DNA of 64,000 bases from the human T2T-CHM13v2.0 reference genome, Homo sapiens. The notes below the pieces were generated by a model, which saw only the letters and a list, made by a program, of their open reading frames with translations, ran no database searches and was not told the DNA's origin. Positions 51,151 through 64,000 of this stretch are shown in pieces. Made by a program: the position numbers and the translations under genes. The number at the start of each line of letters is the position of its first letter. Position 1 is the stretch's first letter. The DNA is taken from NCBI RefSeq assembly GCF_009914755.1, contig NC_060942.1. One strand, given 5' to 3'.

Positions 51151-53567
51151 TTAGGCTGTGCAGTGAGATATTCTGTAACAGAAGTCAAGAAGGTGAGTCA
51201 AGCTGTTGTATTTCACGTGAAGGTCTCCTGTGGCTGAGGAGTCTGCATTTGTGCGTGACGCTGAGATATCAGTCCCTCTCTAATTAGATGTTGGACAGTA
51301 GTTACTTCTGAATATTTGATGTTCTGGTCCTTGAAAGCAGAAAGACTTTGTGTCACCCTGACTGTCGTCTGGGCTAGAACTTCTGTGTGTACCTGTCAGG
51401 CGTCTGGGGGAATCTTTTGATGTTCCCAGCAGGCCAGGGTCCTTTGTTGGAACCAGCATTTGGATTTTGTCCCAAAAGAGCAGGCTATCCATCCCAGGTG
51501 CTCTACTTGGAGTTTTCTGATTACAGTAGGTGCTCTCCGATCCCACAGAAGAACCCACAGATGTTTCTCTGGTCACTGCATTCCCCCTGTCTGTCTCCCC
51601 TACCCATGTCTGGCCAGTGGTCTTCCTCTTTGGTCGTCCTTGTCCTCCTGACGGCCCAGCTAATGCTGGAGATAAAGCTGGCTGGGTGGTCTATGGCACC
51701 TTCTCTTGCATGGGAGCTAATTGAAGACTGAAGAGAACACGTCTAGGCTTTTTTCCTCTCCTGCCAAGAAACTTTCTGCAGCATGTAAGGCTTTCTGTAA
51801 TTTAGCCCTGCCTGCACTTCTGACTCTTGCTAGTCCCACCAGGCATCCTGTACCCCAGCCATATTGAACTGGAGGTTTCTGGGACTCACCTTCACACCTG
51901 GCTTTTGCTGCTGCTTTTATCTGATAAATATACCTCAGGCCGTGTCCTTCTTGGCAAATATCTGCCTTCGAAGCTCACCGGCAGGGCCACCTTATTTCTG
52001 CAGAAGTTTCTGAGCCTCCTCCTATGGAAGTAATCAGCATTGTCTTTGCATTCCTGGTGTGCATCCATGCACACATCTGTCTTGGCACCTCTGATGCTCT
52101 GCCATACATGCTTGGTTACGCCATACATGCTTGGTTACACTGCCCTACCCGCTTCTCCCCTAGACCACAGTCCTTTCCAGGGCAGATACCTTTTGATGCC
52201 TGGCATGGTGCTTGGCACTTGTCATGCTGTGCTTGAAGTAGCACTGGGAAGACAGACCTCCTTGAGAAAACTGCACTTAGGCGCTAGGATCACGTGGACC
52301 TCACTGGCCATCTGGTCCTGGGCAAGTCAGTTAAGATGTCAACTTCTCATCTGTAAGGTGGGACTAAGGATAGAATAAATGGAAGATAAACGAATGGGAG
52401 GATCCATGTAAAGTGGATAGCATGGTGGTAGCTGACCAATAATAAGTGTTTAATGAATATATATGTTTTTAAATTATTTTTAAATAGGTGAAACATGCCC
52501 ATGCCACACAATTCAAAAGACACAGTGGTGTCCACAGAACTTCTGTGAGGGGTCTTCTGCCACCCCTCCCCAGGGAAGCGCACCACTACTGTCTTCTGTG
52601 TCTTTTAAACAAGCACAGGCATCTGTGTGATTGTTTTCTAGGAGGATGAGTGGCTTCCTGCTAGAGGTATAATATAATGTGATGTTATTTTTTAGGTTAC
52701 TTTTTTCCACTTGATATCTTATTTTTCAAAATGCTTGAATAGTGTTTCATTTTATGAATGTATCATAATCTAACCAATCTGCAGCCATTTGCTAACATGA
52801 ATGATGCTGCAGTGGCCGTGTGTGTAGCTGCATCATTTCACACATGTACGTTTATCTGTAAGGACATTTCAGTTTAAAATAATTTCAGTCTTAGTGGAAA
52901 TGTTTCAAAACAATACAAGGAATTCCCATATACCCTTCATCCATATTCCCCCAAATGTTAACATTTTACTACATTTGATTTCGCTGTTTAGCTATTTTTT
53001 TCCTGAATTTTCTGAGAGTGACTTGTAGATATAATGCCCTTTTAACTGTAAATATTTTTTAGTGTGTATTTCCTAAAATCAAGGACATCCTTGTACATAA
53101 TCATAGTAAAGTCATCAATATCAGGAAATTAAAATTGACCCAGTACTATTGTCCACTGTACCGACCTTATTGAAATTTTATCATTGGTGTCAGTAACATA
53201 CTTGATAACAAATGAAAAGGATTTTGTCAACAGTTACACTTTCCTTTGGTAAAAAGGAATAAGTTTTGATAAACAGTTATACTTTCATGTAGTCATGTAG
53301 ATTTACCCTTCTAGGAGCAATTATTGGAGCACCTGTTTCCTCACAGCCTTTTCAAGAAATTATCAAAATTTGGGGATTTTTTTTACTCATCCAATGGGTT
53401 AGAAAATGGTGTCTTATTGTACGTTTAATTTGCATTTTTCTTACAAGGAGTAAGGTTGAAAGCTTTTCAAAAGAGTACCTATATTTTCCTATAAGACTAA
53501 TTCTTGACTTCTTTTGTCCATATGGTATTAAAGATGATAGCATTTTGTGAGCTATATTTGTGGGATA

Positions 53568-53960
53568 CAGTTTACTCCTAGACAACACAAATTTGAACTG
53601 CAAAGGTCCACTTATATGCAGGTTTTATCCTGCCTCTGCCACCCCAAGAGAGCAAGACCCCCGACTTCCTCAGCCTACTCAACATGTAGACAAAGAGAGG
53701 AAAACCACTTCCACTTAATGAATAGGAGATATATTTTCTCTTCTTTATGCTTTTCTTAATAACATTTTTTCTCTAGCTTTATTGTAAGATTATAGTGTAT
53801 AATACATGTACAAAATATGTGTTACCTGTTGATGTTATTGGCAAGTCTTCTGGTCAACAGGAGGCTATTGACAGTTAAGTTTTTGGGGTATCTTATAGGC
53901 AGATTTTTAACTGCATCGGGGTCAGTGCCTCTAACCTCCGAGTTGTTCAAGGGTCAGTTG
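53568..53960. mobile_element. Tigger2-type non-autonomous DNA transposon
   Basis: Imperfect TIRs cagtttactcctagacaac / gttgttcaagggtcagttg, flanked by TA. Confidence 0.75.
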
Positions 53961-54151
53961 TACATTTTTTTCTAATTTGTTTGCCTTTTTGAGCTGAAAA
54001 ACTTTTTTAACTGGGGAAATATTTATTTATATGTATAGCTAAGTTTGTCAATGTTTAATGACTTTAGGCTTGGGTGATATTTAGACTTCATCACTGACAT
54101 TATGGAAAGATAACCTCTTCTCTTATATCTGACTTTTATAATTTAATAGGT

Positions 54152-54445
54152 TTTTTTTTTCGAGACAGGGTCTCTGTTGCCCAGGCTGCAGTGTGGTGCC
54201 ACGATCATAGCTCACTGCAGCCTCGACCTCCCAGGCTCAAGTGATCCTACTGCTTCAGCCTCCTCAGTAGTTAGGACTATACGTGTGCACCACCACACCT
54301 AGTTAATTTTGTTATTTTTATTTTTGTAGAGACAGAGTCTTGCTCTGTTGCCCAGGGTGGTCTTGAACTCCTGGCCTGGAGCAATCCTCCTGCCTTGGCC
54401 TCCCAAAGTGCTGGTATTACAGTCATGAGCCACTATGCTTGTCCA
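54152..54445 (-). mobile_element. AluJ
   Basis: Diverged dimer. Confidence 0.88.
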
Positions 54446-55276
54446 TAATTTAATGTTTTAAACTAAATCTTTGATTTAATTTTTTTTTTTTCAGGTGGCC
54501 ACCCAGATGTGCAAACATCATTTGTCAAATAAGTCATGTTTTCCCAATTGAAATGTAATGCCACCTTGATCACACTCCCAAATCGATATATGTCTTTTCT
54601 GGACTGTTCTACTCCTCTAATCTGTCTTTTTATTCAAGTGTTCTGAGTGTACTTTGATAACTAGAAAGCCAGTCTTCTCTTGATACTCCTTTTTAAAAGT
54701 GTATTTTTCACTATTTTCACATATTTATTTTTCAGATGCACTTTAGAATCTTCTGCTAAAGTTCCAAAAACTTTAGTTCCAAAAAACAATCTTATTGGTA
54801 TTTGTATACAGATGATAAATTAAACCAGGGAGAATTGATGTCTTTGTAACTTACAGTCTTTGTCCCAAAGAATAGGGTATGCATTTCCATTAATTTATCT
54901 TTTTTTTTTTTTTCTTTTTGAAATTTTCTTCTGGGTTTTTTTTTTTTTTTTTTTTTTTTGTAAATAGGAAGCGTATTGATTTTCTTGTATTAAAACTTGG
55001 GTATCTTTCTGAGTTCTAGGTTTGTTAGATTATATGGTAATATCATTTGAAAATAATGACTGATGCTTCATTTCTAGTGTATACTGTATATTTCTTTATC
55101 TTGACTAATGTCATTGACTAGTATCTCTAGATCACAATAAATTAATGGCAGTGATAGTGGACTTTTCTCCCTGACTTTAATATATTTTTCTATTAAGTTG
55201 AATGTTATATTGAGATATGTTTTATTCACCTTTTCCTGTTTTTAGACCTTTTTTAAGACTAGATGTTGAGTTTTAG

Positions 55277-55700
<424 letters not shown>

Positions 55701-56094
55701 CTAGCTTTCCGGATCTTTCCATTTGTCAGAGTTGGAAATCTGGATTCCATTTTCTTTTTTAACATTGTGTGGGTGAAACAAAACATATGCAGGCCAGATT
55801 TGGAGACAGCTTCAGGACTTCCAGTTCGTAGTCTCTGTTCTAGTCTATTCACAGATATTAGAACCTGGTGGCAGATTTAGATTATGTCATCCTGCGTAAC
55901 TTGAGATATAGTTTTATTTTGGTTTGGAAAAAAATCTGATTTCTGGGGAATGGTGTCCTAATTTTTACTAGTAGATATTATAGTCTCTCATACCCTTTTT
56001 ATACCTTGCATTTTTGATTTGTCATGATAAAGCCTTTAGGTAATTATGCACATTTGTGAATTAATTTTTACCTGTTAATTTTAAGCAGTCTTAA

Positions 56095-56628
<534 letters not shown>

Positions 56629-57782
56629 TGAGAAAATGGTTTCTATCTTTACAGATTTACTTGCATATATGGATAATTCCTTATGTTTAGTGATAAGAGA
56701 GAAGGAAACAGAAGGTTTTCTTTTTCCCTAAGAAAACTATGTTGGTACAGACACAGTTAAATAAATTTTAGTTAAAAGTGTTCTGGTGAAATTTCATTAA
56801 TGTGGGAAATCTTTCTGATTTCATGTGGATTCTTTATGTGAGTTATCTATATAGTCACTGTAGATGCTACCTTAATTTCAGATGAATAAATCTAATCAAA
56901 AATTTTAAAAATAAGGTGATTCTAAGTTTTAGTTACCTGCATTCAACCAAATTCCCAAAAATATTAAATGGAAAATTCCAGAAATAAACAATTCATAAGC
57001 TGTAAATTTCTTACCATTTCACCTTCCACTGTCCTGCTCCATCCTGAGAGGGGTGAGGGAGACACGGGTCATCCCTTTGTCCCACGCACTCACGCTGCTG
57101 CATTCACCACTCAGTAGCTGGCTTGGTTCTCAGATGGAACCACTCGGGTCTTGGCAGTATTTCCTGCTGAAAACAGAGGGACAGGTGTACTTACTATATT
57201 TCCATCAATTTGTGATTTTTTTTCTATTAGAAATAGTTTTAAACTTGATTCAAAATTGAGTAATAATATGAGACAGATCCACTTATATTTTATCATGAAT
57301 TGATATATACTATTTGTCTTAACTGTTTACCAATTTCCTTTTATAGCATATAGATTTACTGTTTCTTAATTATTTGCATTTATATTTTTTTAATTGGTGA
57401 TATCCAGTAGGCCCAATAAATACTTATTCCAGTGTCATTCCTTCTCTTCTCGTTCCCTGCATTAAGCATGAGGTCATTCGATCCCATCTGCTTTTGTTCT
57501 CATTGAGAGGGAGCCAGCTGTGTCCTGGTGCCGCTGGACCTACCGAATCAATCACCCTGTCAGTGGGCGCTCTTTTTCAGAGACTGAATTGTGTTTTCCC
57601 CGACTGTTAGGGGTTTCAGCGAGATTAACTCCTAGCCCTCGATAATGTCAGTGATCCTGGGAATTCCAAGCTTTCCCATAACTGATCATGCGTGCAGCTT
57701 TCTGTGGGGACCACAGGGGGTCCTGGACCTGACCCTAGGCGGGGTGTCCAGGCCAAGCGGGACGTGTCCTCTCCCTTCACAG

Positions 57783-58055
57783 GCTCCATCCGCGAGGAGA
57801 ACGGCGTGCGCTGGCATGTGTGTCCCTACTGCGCCAAGGAGTTCCGCAAGCCCAGCGACCTGGTCCGCCACATCCGCATCCACACCCACGAGAAGCCCTT
57901 CAAGTGCCCGCAGTGCTTCCGCGCCTTCGCCGTGAAGAGCACGCTGACAGCGCACATCAAGACGCACACCGGCATCAAGGCGTTCAAGTGCCAGTACTGC
58001 ATGAAGAGCTTCTCCACCTCTGGCAGCCTCAAGGTGCACATTCGCCTGCACACAG
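57783..58055 (+). CDS. ZNF236: ZNF236 coding exon I (ZF10-ZF12)
   Basis: ccttcacag|GCTCCA...CACACAG|gtatgg; 273 nt, phase 1-1; [44 protein letters not shown]...KVHIRLHT. Confidence 0.96.
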
Positions 58056-58099
58056 GTATGGCCTCAGGGCTGGGCCCACACGGGCACTGGCCACGGGGG

Positions 58100-60568
58100 C
58101 CACACACATTACTGCGCACATATACCAAACACAGGTATGGCACACAGTAGGCACACAGGTACTGCACACAAGTACTGCTCACAGGGACTGCACAAAGTAT
58201 CACACACAGTACTGCACGTAAGTGTGGCCCGCAATGCAGCACCCACACCGGTACTGCCCACAGGGACTGCACAAAGGTCTCAAACACAGATACCGCACAC
58301 AGTACCCAACACAGCAATGTGCACAGGTACTGCACACGAGTACTGCCCACAGGGACTGCACACAGTACTGCACACAGGTACTGCACACAGTATGCAACAG
58401 GGCACTGTGCACAGGTACTGCACACAAGTACTGCCCACAGGGACTGCACACAGTACCCCACATAGTACTGAACACAGTACTGCTCACGGGTATGGCCCAC
58501 AGTGCTGCACCCACACAGGCATTGCCCAAAAGTACCAAACACATAGTACTGCACATAGTACCCAGCACAGCACTTTGCACAGGTACTACTGCTCACAAAT
58601 ACTGCCCTCAGGGACTGCACACAGTATCACACACAGGTATGGCCCACAGTGCTGTACCCACACTGGTACTGCCCACAGAAACTGCACACAAGTATCAAAG
58701 GCAGGTACCAGACACAGTACCACACACAAGTATGGCCCGCAGTGCTGCAGCCACGTGGGCACTGGCCACAGGGACCGTACACAGTACCAAACACAGGTAC
58801 TGCACATGGGTACTAAACTCAGTATCAAGCACAGTACCAAACACAGTACTAAATACAGGTACCGCACACAGTTACCAAACACTATACCACACGCAAGTAC
58901 AGCTTGCAGTGCTGCACCCACACAGGCATTGCCCACAGGGACCACACGTGGTACCAAACACAGGTACTACACACAGGCACCAAATTCAGTATCAAACACA
59001 GTACCAAACACAGTACTAAATACAGGTACTGCACACAGGTACCAAACATAGTACCACACACAGGTACAGCCTGCCGTGCTGCACACACACAGGCATTGCC
59101 CACAGGGACCGCACACAGTACCAAACACAGGTACTGCACACAGGTACCAAACTCAGTATCGAACACAGTACCAAACACAGTACTACACACAAGTACCAAA
59201 CACAATACTAAATACAGGTACCACACACAGGTACCACAGTACCACACACAAGTACAGCCTCAGTGCTGTACCCACACAGGCACTGCCCACAGGGACCACA
59301 CACAGTGCCAAACACAGGTACTGCACACAGGTACCAAGCACAGTACTGCACACAAGTACTGCACACAGTACGAAACAGTACTGCACACAGGTGTCATGCA
59401 CAGTGCCAAACACAGTACTGCACACAGTACACAAACAGAGTACTGCACACAGGTACAGCCTGCAGAGCTGCACTCACACAGGCACTGCCCACAGGGACCA
59501 CACACAGTACCAAACACAGGTACCAAACACAGTACAGCACACAGGTACTGCATACAGGTATGGCCTGCAGTGCTGCACACAGGTACTGGCCACAGGGACC
59601 ACACAGTACTGTGCATAGGTACTGCACACAGCTACTGCACATACTACCAAACACAGTACTGCATACAGTACCCAACACAGTACACACAAGTACTGCCCAC
59701 AGGGACTGTATACAGCATCACATACAGTACTGCACACAGTACAACATACACAGTACTGCACTTAGGCATCAAACACAGTACTGCACACAGGTACCAAACA
59801 GTACTGCCCACAGGTACTGCACACAATACCCAACATGGTGCTGCAGACAGGTACTGCCCATAGGGACTGCACACAGTACTACACACAGTACTGCACTTAG
59901 GTACCAAACACAGTACCAAACATAGTACTGCACACAGGTACCAAACAGTACTGCCCACTGGTACCGCATAAAGTACCAAACATAGTACTGCACACAGGTA
60001 CCAAACAGTACTGCCCACTGGTACCTCATATAGTACCAAACACAGTACTGCACACAGGTACCACATACAGTACCAAACAGTACTGCACACAGGCATCATG
60101 CATGCTACCAAACACAGTAATAAACAGTACTGCACACAAGTAGTACATAGAGTACCAAACACAGTACTGCGCTCAGGTACTGCATACAGTACTAAACACA
60201 GTACTACACACAAGTACTGCCCACAGGGACTGCATACCGTACCACACATAGTACTGTACATAGTACCACACACACAGTATTGCACTTAGGTACCAAACAC
60301 AGTGCTGCACACAGGGACCAGTGCTGCCCACAGGTACTGCACACAGGTGCCACACACAGTACCAAACAGTACTGCACACAGGCATCATGCACAGTACCAA
60401 ACACAGTACTGTACATAGGCACTGCCCATAGTACCAAACACAGTACTGCACACAAGTACTACATATAGTAACAAACACAGTACTAAACACAGTACCACAC
60501 ATGGTACCAAACACAGTGCCACACACAGGAACTGCCAATAGGTACTGCACACAGTACTGCACACAGGT
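58100..60568. repeat. 2.5-kb degenerate array of short GTAC/TGCACAC/CCAAACACA modules
   Basis: Recurring cacacaggtactgcacacagtaccaaa and ctgcccacagggactgcac blocks, starting just after the exon I donor. Confidence 0.95.
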
Positions 60569-61788
60569 GCTGAGAAGGGATTGAGTCACAGCACCTGGGG
60601 GAGCAATAATTGACTACTTGGAGGATATATTTCTGTCTTTTCATCAGCACTTGTTGAGTCTCTTCTATAGGCTGGGCATGAAGTATCTACAGGTAAAGAA
60701 AACAGATGCAACCTTGATCTCCATGGAGCTAAGGATATGCTGGGGGAGGCATTAAAAACAAGTAACACTTATAAATGAACGTAGAATTGCAGAGGGTGAA
60801 AAGAGACTTCTGTCCGGATCAGATTTGGATTTAGACTGAGTGAGCCTTTCTGAGAATACAACATGTAATCTGCATTTGATCTGAGAAGACCTGAAGGCTT
60901 TAGCTGGGCCAGGAGGAGGACCGGGGACCTGTTTGTACTGAGGCATGAAATCTTTCATTACGGAGCTCCATTTTTTTTAATGACATATTTATTGAGATGT
61001 AATTTACATATAATATTTACCATTTTAATGTGTACACTTCTGAATTGTGCACTCTACACCACTGTCTGATTTTGGAACATTTTTATCACCCTGCAAAGAA
61101 ACCCTGTACTCATTGGCAATATCCCCCAAATTCCCTCAGGGATCCTCCTCTGGGCTGACAATGTGGATGAGTATTTGACAAAGCTGAAGTTACTCAATTT
61201 TGTTGTATGTGTTTCTTTGGAATTTACATTTTCATTTGCTGATAAAATTGTAAAACAAGGAAATATTCTTTAGAAGTGGGGCACAGTAGTAAGAGGATCA
61301 TTAAGAAGATATTAGTACTATTATCATCATCATTTACAATCAGTGACAACTACCATTTACTGTTTATTTGCAAAATGTGAGACATTGCTAAGTGCTGTTT
61401 AAATGTTAGCTTACGTAATCTCAGCAGCAGCCCTGGAGGCAGGTGTCTTTAAGCCACTTTACAGGTGGTGACTTAAGAGAGAGAGCATCCTTACATACTG
61501 TAAAGTTCTGAAGAACTACTGTCCATATTTTACAATGTAAGACTTTGTCCTAAAAATACTAAATGTTCTTTTTTTACTTAAAATGCTCTTATAACATGCC
61601 TTAATATCTATAATATGCACTGTATACAAACAAGGGAAAATAATTTACAATATCCATTAAATTATAAGCATGGCCTAATAAATTGAAGGTTCAAATCAGT
61701 ATTGGAAATAATAACATTTTATGTTAGCATTTGCTGTTGAGATGTAATTTCTGGAAATAATTCTAAAATGTGATTTCATTTTTATTAG

Positions 61789-61992
61789 GAGTTAGACCTT
61801 TTGCTTGTCCTCACTGTGACAAAAAATTTCGAACCTCAGGCCATAGGAAGACTCACATTGCTTCCCACTTTAAACATACGGAATTAAGGAAAATGAGGCA
61901 CCAGCGTAAACCTGCAAAGGTCCGTGTTGGCAAGACGAATGTTCCAGTCCCTGATATTCCTTTGCAGGAACCAATCCTCATAACTGACTTAG
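61789..61992 (+). CDS. ZNF236: ZNF236 coding exon J (ZF13); gene continues beyond window
   Basis: tttattag|GAGTTA...GACTTAG|gtaaga; 204 nt, phase 1-1; [29 protein letters not shown]...EPILITDL. Confidence 0.96.
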
Positions 61993-62571
61993 GTAAGATG
62001 GATTGTAGGGCGTCTTTATAATTTATTGAGTACTATTTTCTTTGACATTTTGTGAATTGTGTACACACATTATGGTCTCTGTAGTTAAATAGTTTTTTAG
62101 GCATAGTATTAATGAAGTCTGTGTTAAGCCTTGTTTTGCTTTATGGACTAGTATGTTTTACAGTCAAGATTAAAATCTAAGTTGTATCCAAACTACTGCT
62201 CAAATTGTTTTCTCGGATTAGAGACAAATAATGTGTAAGTGAAAACAGTAGCGTGTAAGTCCTCATTGAAGAAACATTGCTACCTCAGTGGAACCATCAA
62301 AAGTGAGAAGGGGTTTTTATGTGAAACACACAGTGCACGTTGTTGTTTTCATCTTTAGGTTCTTTGTACTGTGTTACAGATTATTTGGGCTACTTTAATC
62401 TTTGGATTAAAAAGGAAAAGAAAAATCTGCCTGCTTTTCTTTTTAGGTTCAGTGTTACTATAACCAACCCAAACTATGATTTTGTTGATGATCTAGAAAG
62501 AAAACACTGCTTGTTAGAATCTTTAGAAAAATTATATTTGTTAGTACTAGAACAAAATTTAAGAAACCTCA

Positions 62572-62811
62572 TTGTCTTAGTTTGTTTGAGCTCCTGAATC
62601 AAAAATACCACTAACTGTGTAGCTTGTAAATACTAGGAGTTTACTTCTCACAGTTCTAGAGGCTGGGAAGTCCAAGATCATGGTGCTGGCAGATTGAGTG
62701 TCTAGTGAGGTCTCTCTTCCTCATAGATAGTGCCTTCTGGCTATGTCCTCCCAAAGGTCCTACCTCTTACTACATGAATTTTGGAGGACCACAAACATTT
62801 AGACCACATCA
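62572..62811 (-). mobile_element. MLT1/MST-type MaLR LTR remnant
   Basis: ttctcacagttctagaggctgggaagtccaagatca...gaattttggaggaccacaaacatttagacca. Confidence 0.75.
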
Positions 62812-63575
62812 CTTACTAATGTGTGAATTTACATTTTTATGCAGTTTCTGTATTTCACTACTTTCCTAGGAAAGATAATTCAATCTATAAGCAAAATTAA
62901 TATTAAAATATAATTCCTTAATTCCAAAGCATAACCTTTATTTACAATAATTGTAAATTATTGTATAGAGAGATTTTAGATTGTTATAAATTGGGGGCCA
63001 CCAGTAAGATGATCAACAGCCATAAACTTGTGTGAATCTGAGAGTTTAACATCAAAATATTTAAACTAAAAAAATTCAAAGAAAGGAAATACTCAAATTC
63101 TCAAGTGCAGTGAAAGATCCTCAATTAGACAGGTCAACTTAAACACCTTAAAACGGAAGATTTGAGCACACAAATAAAAAGAGTTACTTAATAGCTTTAT
63201 AGAATCTTTTGCCTTAAATTACATACTTTTAAATATGCATGAAACAGAAGTTGATCACATTCTAGGATACAGAAAAATTTCAATAAATTTTCAGAAGTTG
63301 ATTTTGTATAGGATACAATCTTTGATTACAGTTCACTGAAAAACTTATAAAATAGCCATCCAAAATTTCATTACATGAAAAGAAGGACTCGAAACAGATA
63401 CTGCATACTACACATGTGAGTATTATGTAAACAGATTGGATGGACCAAAGCCGTCCTAGGAAAAATTAAGACTTTTGAGTATTATTAGAAAATAAGACAG
63501 ATTGAAAATAAGTAAAATATTTAACTAAAAAAACTAGGAAAATTAAAAGAAAGTAGCAGAAAGGAATTAATATAG

Positions 63576-63899
63576 CAGTTCCCAACCTTTTTGTCATCAG
63601 GGATTGGTTTTGCAGAAGACAGTTTTTCCACAGATTGGGGGTCGGGTGGGAGGACTGGTTTCAGGGTAAAACTGTTCCACTCAGATGTCAGAGAATCAGA
63701 CATTAGATTCTCGGAAGGAGTGCGCAGCCTAGATCCCTCACATGCACAGTGCACAATAGGGTTCGCACTCCTGTGAGAATCTAACACTCTTCGGATCTGA
63801 CAGGAGGCGGAGCTCAGATGGTAAAGCTTACTCACCTGCTATTCGCCTCCTGCTGCGTGGCCCGGTTCCTAACAGGCAGCCTGGGGCTTGAGGACCCCT
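63576..63899. mobile_element. MER1-type hAT DNA transposon inside an old L1
   Basis: cagttcccaacctttttg...gaagacagtttttccac...gcgcagcctagatccctc...cggttcctaacagg...gaggacccct. Confidence 0.8.
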
Positions 63900-64000
63900 T
63901 AATTAATACATATAATGGAATTGGAGATAGAAGACAAAACTGTAGTGAACTGAAGTTTTACAAAACTTATAAAAATGAACAGAAAATATAGATGACTTGT

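Noticed and set aside
54479-54500. Recursive-splice-like polyT-CAG|GT motif
   Set aside because: The reconstituted donor GTGGCC is poor, it sits in old L1 sequence, and the intron is only 13.5 kb.
57707-57724. CTCF-like ccacagggggtcc upstream of exon I
   Set aside because: One base short of the core, with mismatches at key positions.
58100-60568. CRISPR-like or satellite interpretation of the array
   Set aside because: No constant repeat with unique spacers, no cas genes, and a eukaryotic intron context.
57826-60589. Many long Thr/His/Cys/Val-rich ORFs on both strands, up to 319 aa
   Set aside because: Low-complexity repeat translations; only 57783-58055 is a real exon.

Overview
Primate (almost certainly human) genomic DNA: AT-rich, with more than 30 Alu elements. 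The window lies inside the large multi-C2H2 zinc-finger gene ZNF236 (18q23 by my recollection) on the + strand. I can place ten internal coding exons, labelled A-J here, all with canonical GT-AG sites and consistent reading phase, encoding 13 zinc fingers. The first exon and the 3' part of the gene lie outside the window. The introns carry a near-full-length antisense processed pseudogene of exportin-T (XPOT), interrupted by two Alus and a THE1 solo LTR, plus three minisatellites (48, 44 and 72 bp units) and a 2.5 kb degenerate GTAC/TGCACAC array that begins at an exon donor. Leading hypotheses: (1) exons A-D total 612 nt, start and end in phase 1 and are bracketed by inverted Alus, so a back-spliced circle would carry a stop-less zinc-finger ORF; (2) the 2.5 kb array looks like an amplified splice-donor junction and holds about 40 same-strand metal-response-element cores. 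Nothing here demonstrates a new biological system; these are testable inferences. Gene and repeat-family identifications rest on recognition from memory, not on searches, and repeat boundaries are approximate.
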